Positions 1 through 13,000 of a DNA stretch of 64,000 nt are shown piece by piece; the stretch's first letter is position 1, and the number at the start of each line of letters is the position of its first letter. The position numbers and the translations under genes were made by a program. Where the stretch lies: the NCBI GenBank assembly GCA_964019335.1, contig OZ025658.1, positions 186,001-250,000 of the forward strand. The letters are read 5' to 3'. Below the pieces are notes generated by a model that was given only the letters and a program-made list of their open reading frames with translations, ran no database searches and was not told the DNA's origin. The stretch comes from Diplonema japonicum (Eukaryota > Protista > Euglenozoa: Diplonemea).

Positions 1-1036
1 CACGCAGTGCCCCGCCATCTTGAGGGGGGCTCAATGGTGGCAGTACTGGGGTGCTAGCCACAAGGTGCTGCCTATTTGTCGCGGAGCACACGGGGTCCAG
101 GTGAAGCGCCCGTCCGCATTCTGTGCACATCGGTGCGGGGTTGCCGTGTTCCCACAGGTTGTGGTCGATGCCTGCCCTGTCCGCGATGATCGCCACCTTG
201 GACAGCGTCTCCTTGATCGCCTCAGCATCGCCCTGCAACATGCACCCCGCAGGCATCGAGACGTGGTAGTCCCGCAGCGTGCGCGCCCCCATGTGCGGCA
301 CCTCCAGACGCACCACAGGCCGCTTCCACTCCCCGTCGACGATCTTCTCCAGCCGACCGGTGTTCACGAAAATGAACTTTTGTACGACGCTTGCTTCTGT
401 TTGGAACTCAACACAGTCGCCGCGATCCTCCGCTGCACGCAGTGCTTCTGCTGGAGGGCATGGTTCCCAACCTTGGAAAGGGGGAACGGGGTGCAGGCGG
501 CCGGTAGCTTGACAGAAGGCAGGCGCGGTGGCAAGCTGACGGCCGCAATAAAAACAGGTTTCAGATGTGGTTTGGGAGACTTCGATACCGGCTTCCCGAA
601 TATCCTTCCAAAGGTCGTGCGGCACGGAGGCACGGGTGGCAAGGCGGGCGAGGCCGCCGAGGACGCGGAGGAGCGCCGCGTCGCGCTGAGGGAGCTCCGC
701 AAGCACATCATCATCAGCGTGCAGCACAACAGAGTCGTTAGCAATGGTGACGGCAAGGGATTCCACTGCACGTGTCCAGGCACCATCAACTATATATTCA
801 AGCCGCCTGGGCTTGCACAAGCACAAGGTCACCCTTTGCCGGTTGAGGTTCTCACAGTACATCACGTCGCCTCGCGACTGAGCTGCCAGCACCGCTGCTG
901 ACGGAGGTGCCTCCAGAGCATCTCTTGTGCTCCTTCTCGATCTCCTCCTTCGTCTATCATGCGGGCTACCACTATGCACTACCTCACTGCTCCTCCTCCC
1001 GCTCTGCCTCGGGGACGACGAGGACCCCGCGCCCAT
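1..1036 (-). CDS. Partial CDS (runs off the window start): putative N-myristoylated protein with a tandem repeat module ending in CxxCG..CxxTxxxH
   Basis: Manual translation from ATG 1036 (MGAGSSSS...) stays open to base 1. Two repeats: RGD..LEYIVDGAW..HDLW..CFYCGR..CQATGRLH and RGD..LEKIVDGEW..HNLW..CTECGR..CSATNRQH. Absent from the ORF track because there is no stop in the window. Confidence 0.8.
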   Translation of the reverse strand, partial: MGAGSSSSPRQSGRRSSEVVHSGSPHDRRRRRSRRSTRDALEAPPSAAVLAAQSRGDVMYCENLNRQRVTLCLCKPRRLEYIVDGAWTRAVESLAVTIANDSVVLHADDDVLAELPQRDAALLRVLGGLARLATRASVPHDLWKDIREAGIEVSQTTSETCFYCGRQLATAPAFCQATGRLHPVPPFQGWEPCPPAEALRAAEDRGDCVEFQTEASVVQKFIFVNTGRLEKIVDGEWKRPVVRLEVPHMGARTLRDYHVSMPAGCMLQGDAEAIKETLSKVAIIADRAGIDHNLWEHGNPAPMCTECGRALHLDPVCSATNRQHLVASTPVLPPLSPPQDGGALR

Positions 1037-1501
1037 GGTGCCGCCTGTTGAGGTAGACGTGGTGATAGAATGTAAAAAAAAAAGAGGAAGGTGCACTATT
1101 TTCTTTTATTTTACGAGAGCGAAGCAAAGCACACCGTAAGGAACAAAGAAGAAGAAGAAGAAGAAAAATGGAGAAATCTTATTGAGAGAGCGATCATTGT
1201 TTCTATTTCTGTCGTCGACTTTGCATGAAAACCCAGGGGGGGGGGGATATTTTGAGACACTAAGATAACTTAGAAAAGAAAATGTTGATGACGTCACACC
1301 ACACCACAGCAGGGAGGGTACTATTTTGATTCTAGAGGAGCGAGAAAAAAAAAAAAAGAAAAAAAGAGGGGGAAAGATAGGTCATCCTCCTCCTCCTCCC
1401 CTGTTCCTCATGCAAGCAACTGGAATCAATTCATAAGTAAAATACCAAAGTTTTTTCTTACTTTTTTTTTAATGGGGGAACATAAAAAAACGTTGACTGG
1501 A

Positions 1502-1532
<31 letters not shown>

Positions 1533-1537
1533 GCCCC

Positions 1538-4500
1538 TCACCCTCTAGGAGGTGCTCGCAACCCTGTGATGGATAAAACCTTCTCAGGAGAACGGAGAAG
1601 ATTAATCAGGTGGTAGTAAAGCTCCTCTTCAAGCCTGAAGTTGCCCTCCCCTCGCGCAAGATGAACATGGTCCGCCATCCTCGCTATAAACGAGGGATCC
1701 TCCATGTCCTGAATCACAACGGCGGCAGCAGAACCCGAAATAATACCCCTGATAACCCGTCCGATGGCCAGGACGAAGGTGACATACAGCGCAACGATCC
1801 CAACATTGAAAAGCCCTGCCAGTGGATTATCATCGTTCTGTGCCAGATCGCTGATGGCGACGTAGTACAAGGGAACAAGCCCGGATCCTGTTGTGCAAGG
1901 GTCCAAAGGATCAACATCATAATTGGGGCAGCGGGTATCCCCGCTGAGGCAGCCCTCTTCCGCCGGGCCTGGGTAATTTCCGCATGAGAACAAACCGCGG
2001 CAGTAGACTTCAAAGTACTTCGATGCGCCGTCCGGATTCGAACCGCTGCTCCGCTCCACCGACAGATAGCAATCACTCGCACTCTGCAGGAACGACAGTG
2101 ATGACGGTTTGTTCAACATCAACGGTGTGATCAGCTTCGGGAAGTACACCGGTGCCGGCATCGAACCATTTCCGTCCCACAACAGCAAATCCACCAAACC
2201 ATTCTGTAGTTGTGATATATATATATATATAATTATAGTAAAAAGAAGAGTGGGGGGGATACCATCATTGTCTGGTTGGTTCCGTTCACTGTGTACCTTA
2301 GGTATTCCTTGATGTTGAGGTCTGCTTGGGCTCCTGCGGTGCGTTGTACCTCTATCGACGTGACGAGGTTTGGGACCATTCCCGGGTTTGAGGATGAGTT
2401 GCGAAACTTTTCTGCCAGGTCCGAGGTGGCCGGGTCGGTGATCAGCCATCGTTGTGACGAGAAGCTTGTGAATTGCAGCAATTGCAGGTTCTTCGTCGAT
2501 GCCTAAGGGGATATTTCTCTCCCCCCCCCCCCCCCCCCTTCCCGTTTTTCTCCATACCGTAACCGACTGTTTATCAACAGAATTCCTTGTTCTGCTCAAC
2601 TGCGACGCTAACGTTGAATTCTTCGACCCCTCCACCGTCAACAAGTCATTCTTTTTTTTTTTTTTTTGTTTTTTGAAAAAAATCTTTTTTTTAATACCTG
2701 GTAAAACGGTGGGGAACCTTCGAACCCAAGTTCGACTCGTAGCTGTTTGATGCTGTTCGTCTGCAGCGCCGGGCTGAAGGTGCTGTAGTACAGAAGTGGG
2801 AAGAAGATCAGAAACAGCATCACGATAATGAGGAGCCACCCGGAGGTGATCTTCTTCGCAGCAGGGAAGGAAGTGGCCGGCTTCGGGTTCGTGACTTTCG
2901 AATCTTCAATGTCCATCTTCCGGACCAACATTTCATTTCTCACGTCCTCAAGCTTCAGCCAATAGTTAAGCTTCAACGTCGTCTTCGAGCAACACCAATC
3001 GAGAAGCACCCTCATCTCCCACAAAAATGGGACTGCCCGGCAGACTTGATACACGAGAAAAATCTTTGAGTCCGACGAATCGGTAAAACAATCATGTCTC
3101 CTCACGATGGGGTAGCCCCGTTCAATTTGCTTCGCTGCCACAAACAGCCACAGCGCTCTTGTAAGGAACAAAAATGCTCCTGCAGTGTGGCTGCTGTTTG
3201 AGGACGAATTGCTGTCTTGAAACCATATGAAAAAACCCCACAGGTAACCCATAGTCAGAGCAACTTGCATCGCGAACTTTCCTTTCAGACTCCCGTACAG
3301 GTATAGAACTCTGTCGACAACCATTGTCATGACACAGATTATGACACCGAGGACAAGTGCGCCAGGCAAGAGATTCTGCGCGATAGAATCCCCGAGATCG
3401 AAGTCTTTCTCGGTGCTGACCTTAGAGTACACCGCGATGAACACGAGGAAACTAATTAAGTCGATGCTGAAGGCGACTATGTAGTAGTCCTTTGTGCGGC
3501 CGATTTTGTCCTCTTCGGACAGCACCTTCTCATAGACTTTGATGAACCGGAGAACCCATGTTTTGATCTTCTCGACAGTTTCGTTCCCGGGTTCTTTTTT
3601 GCCGTGTTGTTCCAGCATTTGTTCTTCTTTTAGTTTCGACACCTCCCGTGCAGCGGTTATTCGTGTCACGGTGGACGTGCTGCGAATTGAAGAGACCGAC
3701 GCGCGGCGTTTCAACGGGGAATGCTCAGGAGCGGTACTTGTGTTTGTTTTCGGTTCCCTGTAGATGCCCCACGATCGCAGAACGCTTTGCCTTATGATGA
3801 TCGACACGATCGCGATGAAATCCCCGAGAACGTTTGTAAAGAAGCTGCTCTTTCCAAGTGACCCATAAAAGTTCGAGAAGGCGGTGGGCATCTCGTCGTC
3901 GAAGGTGACCTCCAACGCCTGCACGACACACTTCAACGCGAGGAGAAACTGCATAAAAATCAACATAACCTCCCAGTACCTTGCAGGAGGCCGCGGCATG
4001 ATCAACAGCGCGTACAAATAAACAGAAGCCGGCGGGACAATGTCAAGAATGGACACAGATATCGTGAAGTTCAATGTAAACACAAAAAAACACAGTTTAT
4101 CCGAGTTTTCCTTGAAGTACAGAAGCATGCCGTCGAACAAATACGCCCAGGGCTTCCTGCGGATCTCTGTAGGGGTGAGGTCTGCTTTTCCGAGTAACGT
4201 GTTGCGATGGAAAAACATCACCACCTTCATGAGATTTGTCGTCTCCGCCTTTGCCCCTGCTGACATCGCTGCCACCGCACCGACTGTCGCCATTACAGTC
4301 GCAATGCTTGCTTCTTTAGGCATGAATGAGGCTGCTGCTTGTTTCCCAGCAACAAACGCTTCTTTTTCGGGTGTTTTTGCCTCTATTTCATCGGCTTTAA
4401 ACGGGCCTTCAAGCAACCCTGCGACATACTCCGTTGCGTGTTTCAGATACTGCGGAGGGACTTCAACGCTAGCGGATTGTCCTAACTCGAACGCCCTTCG

Positions 4501-7500
4501 GAGCTGCCTCACCATGTCTCCATCGTCGTCGTTGTCGTTGATTAAAGAGTCTGGGAATTCGTTCTTCTTTCCAGCGGTGAAGCCTTTCAAAGCGGCGTCT
4601 CTCAATCGTTTACGAAGAGCCCTCTCTCTGGGTTTTAACTTCGGGTCGTCTCTGAATTTCGGTGGTGGGAACATTCCGTTGGCACGGCGTCCTCCTTTGC
4701 GACCTTGCAGTTCTTGTTTGGTTCTTTCTAGGATGCGGTGTCGTTCCTCGACCATCTCCCGGGTTTTCTGCAGGCCGGCTTCGCGTCGTTGCCGTAGTTT
4801 GCTATCGATAAGGGATTTTACGTCACGGGCGTTGATATCGTTCTGATGCGACTGGTGTATCACGAAGACATGTTCGAACTTGTCGTAGTTGAGACGCTGG
4901 AGGTACAGCAAGGACATGATGATGATTTCAAAGGCATTGACTTGGATGAGGCTGCCCTGGCATTTGTCGCTGGACTGGTATTGGTTGTTGTCGCAGTCCA
5001 TGATGCCTGTGAAGGTGTAGACTTTGGAAATCGCGTCGCTGTGTTCCCATCTGTCCGCCAGCCATGGAATGTTCCAGATGAGATGCACGACAAGCGCGAA
5101 GAAGAAGTAGTCATTGATGTGTTTCCACATTGCGTTCCCTCGCCATTCCATGACCTCCCAGACTCCGAACAGGTACATTGCCAGAGCAAGCTTCCCCATT
5201 CTGATCACAGTGATGAATTCTGCTGTGGTCCCGTCGATGAAAACCAACGTCAGGCAGAGGAACGGAAGGTATTTCAACCAGTATCCGTGCAGTCTTTCCG
5301 GGACGGTCTTCGGCTTGCGGATGAAATCGTTGCCTTTCGGTGTCGGAAGCAAGCTTTCAAGCCTCTCCATGGTGAATTCCGGCGACCCTCGAAGTTCCAA
5401 CAGTTTCGCTCTCCTCGAGATACCCCCTTCCACCTTTTGCGATAGAAATTCTGTAAGCGTCTCGCATTTATAAATATCGTAGTTTTCATTGACCTCTTCG
5501 AAACGTTTGTTGTACCTGAAGTGGTACATGATGAAGACGGAGCAGCAGAATGACGCGAACAAATCCCACCTATCCGGGAAGGCTCCGAAGTAATACCAGT
5601 ATTCCTTCCAGGTGTCGCCGATGCTGTTCTTGTCTTTAAAAGGCCCCCACTCCGAACCCTTTGGCATCCCGACGAAGAAAAACTGCTGGATACAGTACAT
5701 GGAAATCACCCACACAATGCATATACTGATCCACAACCCACCACGACGGCCGAAATAACGCATAACAATGACTACTGAGAAGTACACCAGCGACTTTATG
5801 ATACGAGGACGCGCTGCGCAGGTAATGAGCAGGCACAGCATCGTGAGCTCGTACGACCACCTCAGAAACCCGAAGTCGACGAACCAACAGAACTGTTCTG
5901 CCGCCCACTTTATGAACCGTATGATGTAAGGTTTGGCTTCTCCTGCCAACTCTTGTGATTTATTCTTCATGCTTAGCACGACTTCCATCACGGAGCTCTT
6001 CGGCTTCACCACCGCAGGTACGTAGGACACCTTCAATACCTTTTTCAACCCTAAAAACTCGGTTATTTCCAATTCCGGATCCGACACCCTCATCGACAGC
6101 CCGCCCTCATCCATGCGACTCTTAACAAGTTTTGTAACATCAACCGATCCCTCTTCGCCTACGTATTCTGCTTCCATTATGGCTTCTATTGTTCCTGTGG
6201 GGATCGACAGGGTGTTCCCATCCTTTGCTGTCACTGTCGTCGCTTCAGACAGCCGTTTCTGAACCAGGTATACCCTCCATCTGGACTGGACCTTCACGAT
6301 GAGTTTTAGTTGTTCGGGTGTGATGTCTTTGAACTCATCTTCCCCATCCGTTACCTCCAAGGCAGGGGTGCCTCGCACTGACGCGGGGCTTTTGTCGGGC
6401 GCATCGCTTTCATCGTCTTTGTGTTCGAAGATAGTCATCTCACGCAGGTAAGCATTGATGCTTAAACCTTCCGGAGAATCGTTGAACGCCCATAATCTGA
6501 CACGCCTGCATAGCATGGCAGTGACGAGAACAAGGACATCTATCCATATCTTGCTTGAAAGGGATGGATCCGATGAAGGCGGTAGGCATGTGTTGTTCGT
6601 GTGGCTCCACGTGCATTCGTCCATGAACAGGCATCGTTCCATGTCGTTCTGTGCGGCGTTGCACTCCCACACGGTCCCGATCCTTTCCAACCCGAAGTAC
6701 CGGTAGGAGTCCCGCGACATAAACGACGGGAAGAACTTGTACTGGTACCAGAATTTCAGAATGAGCACCATAGAGGAGTACGACACCAACAGCAACGAGT
6801 TGACTCTCCCTGTGACCATCGTCACTATCATCATCACAAAGTACCCTACCGCGTTCAGCGACATGCTATCAGACGACGCTATCCACAACGCCACGAGGAT
6901 CAAGACAGGCGACGTCAAAATGAGGAATCTCTTCACCCGCATGTAGTAGTACGAGGCCTTCTTCTGGAGGGTGCCTTTGGGCGAAGCGTCATTGATGGCC
7001 TCTGCAGGCAGCATCCAAGCTTTTTTCAAGTAAGACGCTTGCATGATAACGACCGCTGCGACGGCCCAGTGCGGGAACAGGTTGATGACGCGTGAGAACA
7101 CGCCATCGTAGGTTTTGAAGCCGACCTGTCTGACGCAGATGGTGGTGGTGTTTTGAGAGCCGTCGTCGCAGCTCATGATCGTGTTGACAGCCTCGGAGAA
7201 GAGCGTTGCCAACCCGTTAAACTGGAACAGATACGATGTAAGGAAGCACGCTGTACTGTAGCACAAGGCGATCACCCATATGATGGCAAGGGACCCACTC
7301 CGTGCTCCACCTCCAAAGGCAGTCACAGCCGACACCCACAAGAACAGCACCAGGTACCCTGCCGTCATGATCGACGGTGTGGCAAACATGATAATCGCGA
7401 TCAGCGCGATCCATGTTAACAGCAGCGACGCCCCCGACTTGAACAGAATGAACAGCGGCGTTTCCTCCGTACTGTCTTCCCTCACATCATCCGACTCTTT

Positions 7501-9738
7501 GAACAGCTTCAGCTGCCATATACTGAAGAATACCATGACAAGAAACGGTGTCAGCTCCCACATAGACCCGAAGGCCCCCTCAACGAGTGTGCTCCAATCC
7601 AGAGAGCCCAGCTTGTCCGGGGCGGAGAACCCCTTTTCGGCTACGTTGTAGAGATACAGGAATATCGTCAAGAGAATCTCGTACGCCACAAGGACCCCCC
7701 AGTACTTCTTGGCGGTGCTGGGCGACGAAGCGAACACCACAAAAAAGACCAGCAGCGAGGCCTGGAGGAGGTCGACGTGCAGGCATCCGACGATCACTAA
7801 GATCAGAAGCGAGACGTACTGCGCCTTTGCCAACAGAATGTCCTTGATCTTGCGCAGCAGTGTTGCACTGCGAAGCTCGGTAGACTTGGGCTGATGCTCC
7901 GTCGCCGTCACCAACCCCGAGGCACGCATCACAATGGCGATCAACAGGATAAGCGACGCATGTGCCCCCAAGGCAGCAGTGTCACTACCATCATGCCGCG
8001 TGATGCCAATGGCGTCCAGCTTGTCCATCGTGTCGTCACCGTAGTCCAGCACGCTGGGGATGGCGGCCACGAAGATGGCGCAGACATGCAAGGCGCTCCA
8101 CACCAAGGCGAAGGGCAGGGTGCTAACAATAGGCGTCACGTTTTCCAAGATGAGAACGCACCACATGAACAGGAACAACATGATAAGCCATATTGCAGAG
8201 AGGAAGGAGGGGTCCACGAGGGCCGTGAGGCCAAGCACCAGACCAAGGAGGTGGGGACTGTACTTCGACATGAAGTAGCGCACCGTCTTGGTTGTCTGTG
8301 TCTCTGCGGCAGTGTTGCCGTAGGTGGCTTGCGATGACAGGCTGACAAGCTCGGTACCTCCTTCGCTGTTATTTGAAACTTGCAAGATGATCCTGTTGTC
8401 ACTGCTGCCCTGTACATCGGCAGCCAGTCGCTCCCCGTCAGTGTTGGTGTACACGTCTGCTGCGTTTGCAGTGCTTTCAGCTGCTGCAGTCTCTTCTTGC
8501 TCACAGCTCTCGGTGGCATTCTCCATGTCCCCCTCGTCCCTCATAGTGTTCATCACCATGTAGCTCGAAGTGCTCATACGCTCTTCAGGAAGCGGTTCAG
8601 TTAATGACCTACCCACGGGATCGCCCTCACCCACCATTCCGTCACGCATGGTCTTCATCGCGGTGTAGCTGGAAGAGCTCATCCTCTCAGGCTGAGGGCT
8701 TGGTATCTGCACACCCACTGTCTCTTCTTCATCGCTGTCACGGTCCATCCCATGCTCCTCTAAGTAGGCGTGGAACGTGTCTTCTAGCAGCACTTTGCTG
8801 GCTTTGAGACAGATTTGGAAGTAGCCTTTCCACGTTATGTAGAAAATCATCGGGAGGACGAGGATGTGCCCGCTGTACTCCCGCCCGGAGGAAGTCTGCG
8901 CGATGTCTTTGAACTCTTCAAGCCGCAGCACGCCGATCCACAAGAGGGTGCTGGTGTTGTCCTCGTAGAAGGTTTTGAAGAAGTACTGCTGCGTGACGAA
9001 CTGGATGCAGAGGGAGATCGCGGTGCTGACGAACATGACGGCGAGAACGATCCGCCGGGTTTGCGGACTGAACTTTGCCTTCCTTGCGGAGAGACCCCAC
9101 GCGGCTGTGGTACCCAAAAAGACAAGGAGGTAAGGAATGGTAAGGACACGGGGCCAGAGGACAGCAACGACACCAGAGAGGATAGTGACGAGGGGAAGGA
9201 TGAGGGAGTTGATCGCAGAGCGCTTCTTCTGAGGCAGCAGAGGTTCGCCCGAAGGGGACAGCTTCGCGAATATAATGCGAGTGGAACAGACGCTGGGGAA
9301 CTTCTGCTTGCCAAATATCTGGACGACAGACGCGACGACCAACACCACTGAAGGGAGAAGGTGCCGGAGGAACCTGTCGAACGTGCCCAGAGGCGATTCG
9401 TAAATCCAGATACCAAAGCCTTCCATAAGGCTTGTGTGGTTAGAGTACCAATCGTTGAAGCTGTTCGTTGTGTCGGAGGCGTAATAAATATTTGCGGTCG
9501 CCACAGCGCAGCACTTCACCACGGCCACAACCAGTGCCGTGCCAACAAGTGCCGGGTACGGCCCTATCTCGGCTTTTCCGGAGTCATTCACTACCTGCAC
9601 CTCGTGTACTAAACTGTGCACGAACAGAAGCAAGAAGTAGCAGCATGATGTGTAAGACGGGCCGATCATGCAAGCAGCCGTCATCGCCAGCACAACGAAC
9701 ATGTGCCGAATCGTGTTGCCAGCGGCCCCTTCTTCCAT
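1538..9738 (-). CDS. PIEZO: Piezo-family mechanosensitive channel; join(1538..2203,2263..2502,2558..2650,2698..9738)
   Basis: Very many TM helices, PFLWEMRVLLDW (PFxxE motif) and a C-terminal GIVALYVTFVLAIG...LEEELY..LI.LLRSPE. Three GT-AG introns (2651-2697, 2503-2557, 2204-2262) join the ORF pieces in frame. Confidence 0.93.
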
Positions 9739-10069
9739 TCCAACCGGCCGGTTGGTCTCCCCCCGACCGTTAGATGTTTGGATGCTAATCTTGGTTTTTT
9801 TTTTTTTTTAAGTATGTTTCTTCTTTTTCTTTTTCTCGCTATTTTATGTTTTTTTTTTCTTGTGTTTGTATTTATTTATTTTCTTCCTCTCCCTTTTTTC
9901 AACGCATTTCTTTTTTTTTCCTCCCGCCCCTTCCTTTTTTTTTGATGAGGGTGGTTGAAATGAAGAGGGGGGGGGAATAAAAAACGTAACAAAAAGGCAA
10001 AAGAAAAAAAAGTAGTGGAAACCTCTTTCTTTTTTCTTTCCCCCCCCCCCTGGGAACTTGGGATTTTTT

Positions 10070-13000
10070 TCAAAAATGTGTGTGCGAGCTGGCTTCGTTA
10101 GCGTCGCCAAACGCAATGGAGACGTGCGACGGGTCGACATCGTTGTCGTCAGCAGACGTGATCTCCACAAGCCTGTCCTCGTGAGAGTCGAACGTGAAGA
10201 CCGCTTGCAGCTGGTGCAGCAAGGCAGACAGAGTGCGCACCGAAATGCTGTTGTGCTCGAAGTGAATCTCTTTATCAGTGAATGACACATTCTTCAACAC
10301 ATCACTACCCACCGTGACACTGCCGTCTTTGTACACGATATTAGAAGGAAGTACCAGCTATAAAAAAAAAAAAATAAAAAAAAGGATATTTCTTCCTTCC
10401 TTTTCCCCACATACCTTGTCATCCTCATGTCCCGTCAACATGATGGTTGTACTCCCCTGTGTCACGAGGCTCGACAGCTTCCCATCACCCATGGTGAGCG
10501 TCATCTTGTCGATTATGTTCACAGGGGTGCCGTATGTAATGGGCTTTTGCTGTTTGAACAGATTCTTCCCGGACAGGACAAGCAGGGGTCGGCTGCAGTC
10601 TACCACTATCTTTTCCTTCCCTTCGATAGGGTTTTCCACATCGCTGATTTTAAAAAGCAGCGCACGGTGGCCCGGGGTGAGCCGCTCCGTGTTGGAGGCG
10701 AACGTAATACAATTCATGATGTAAGTAGCCATGGAGATGGACACGGCGGGAGGATCGTTGGTGGTGAAGCTGATCTTCACGTTGTTGACCCCCGGGAAGG
10801 ACGACCTTGGGTTCTCAACAGTGGCGACCTGAACCTCGCCGTTATAAATGGCTTGGTTCTTGAAATCAAGCTCGCCTTCCCACACCTCTTGTTCGATGTT
10901 GTCAGGCGAGAGGTTTGCTTTAGCTTTTCGCTGCTGCGGGACCGTCATGAAACCAAGAACATCACCTTTCACTGCACCAGATGTGAACTCAACAGCGAAC
11001 CTTCCCCCGTCGAACCAAGGTGTGTCGGGGTCAAGAAGGTACGAGTTTCCCATTTCTGTCAACGGGAAGCACCCTAGTTTTTGCCCAACAAGCTGGCCCG
11101 GTCTGTACTTTGTGCGGAGGTTTGCGATTACGAATTCTGTGACGTCGTCGACAGGCTTTATCTCAATCTGCATGATGGCTTGGCTCACGGAGTCCCCGCG
11201 GCCTTTCAGGGTGATTCTTAAGACCTTGTCGAGGATCTTCGGGCCGTTGCTCTTGTTGGTGTACGACAGCGATCGAAGGCACAGCGACACGTCCTTTTTC
11301 GTGACCTTTCCTGCAAACTTTATCAACAGCTGTTGCTTCCCGCTCACGATCGTCCCCGAGTATTTCTGCCCCCACCACAGATCGTTCCCTGTGTCCTCAT
11401 AGTTCTTCGCGGACATTGCCGTCACCGATCTTTTCAGCTCCGACGTTGCCCCAAGCAATGCCGTGGCTTTGAGGAGTTTCGTCTTTGTTTCCTTCTTTTT
11501 TTCGGGTGCCATCGTCGACTTTCGTAGATCTACGGTGGGCTTCTTCTGTGGTGCCGAGGGTTGCAGCCCGTGGTATGGCTTCACAAACTCATTGACCTCT
11601 GGAAGACACACACCAACACCTTTTCGCTCGCGGACCTTGAACTCCTCCTTCATCCCCGCTTTGATGAATAAGAAATCGTCCTCACACCCACCAGAGATCA
11701 CCTCTACTCGGATGTAACCGTTGTCAAAGGATACGTCTAGCTCTTGGCTGATATCGATGGGAGCGAGACGCGCTGCGCCGGAACCTTCGCGGTACTCAAG
11801 CTGGACGTGAGAAGGGGGGAGATCGAACAACGGTTGTGTGACCTTCACTTCTTTCTTCCCAGTTAGGGTTTGGTACTCGTCATTGTCGGGCACACTCCAT
11901 GACGTGTCAAGGAGCTCTGCCAACTCCTCCTTGTTGTTCCAACCGATTTCAAGCGACTTCACAGCAGGGCCAAGCACCAGCTCAACGGAGATGTGTCGCG
12001 CGCCTTCTTGCGGAGCGTAGTAAGATGATGTAAAACAAACGCTGCGTAGAATTGCCTGCACCGCAGACAAGGTAGCCGCCCCGGTCAATGGGAACTTCAC
12101 ACGGATCCCTTGTACTATAGCACCACCGCTCACGCTCCGCCGGGTAGACCTCGTCATCGGCGATACAATGTTGGACACGCTGCTTTTCTTCCGGGTTCGT
12201 TGCGAAATAGTTTCTTCTTTGTACATATCGAAGAAAGGCGGGACGCCCTCACCCTCACACAACGCGGCAACATGCACACCATTGTGGATAATGCACTTCT
12301 CAACGACAGCGATGGACTCCTCGTTGTCGGGGGTGATGAAGAGTGTGTCGCCCTTGCATTGACCTGATTGGAACCGGATCTCCAACGTCCCGCCGGAGAA
12401 ATGATCGGTGTCGACATCTGTCACAGCCGCGTCGGGGAAAAGGGGAAGAGGAAGGGGTTTGATGTACTGCCGCAGTTCGTGGGACACACCTGTGTGCGCG
12501 ATCGACCTGAAGGAGATCTTCTCCTTTCCGACCGTCATGGTGGTCGGCTTGTCTGACGGGAAGATCTCCACATACTGGTGCATGAAAGATTGATTCCCGC
12601 TGCTGTCTGTCAACGAGATCTCGAGCTGGCGTCTGTCCTGCGGGGCGAGCAAGTTAACAGTGATCATGATGAAGCGCAACCGGCGAAGTACCTTTTGCAA
12701 GTGTCGGAATGACGCGCCTGGTAGAAACTCGATGCTAAACCCAGACGCAGCACCTCCCGGTGAGCATGCACCCAGTCCCCACGCTTCTTTTAATGTCAGC
12801 AACCTCCCGTTGCCCACCACCGCTACCTTTTCTCCGTTGAAGGTTATTTCTTGTGCGCCCGTGATGTCTATGTCAAACCTCTCGTCGCCATCGTCGTAGT
12901 AGAGCCCGTTTTTGAAAACGATCTGATCGTCTGCGCTGGCGTTCTCGAGGACCCGGACGGACACGACGCACTGCCCCACGGGGGCACTCACGATCATTCC

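Noticed and set aside
20-901. Plus-strand 293-aa ORF, and a gag-like CX2CX4HX4C reading of CTECGRALHLDPVC
   Set aside because: The ORF is the antisense shadow of the minus-strand gene. The Cys motif aligns with the first repeat's CxxC..CxxTGxxH, so it is a host finger rather than gag.
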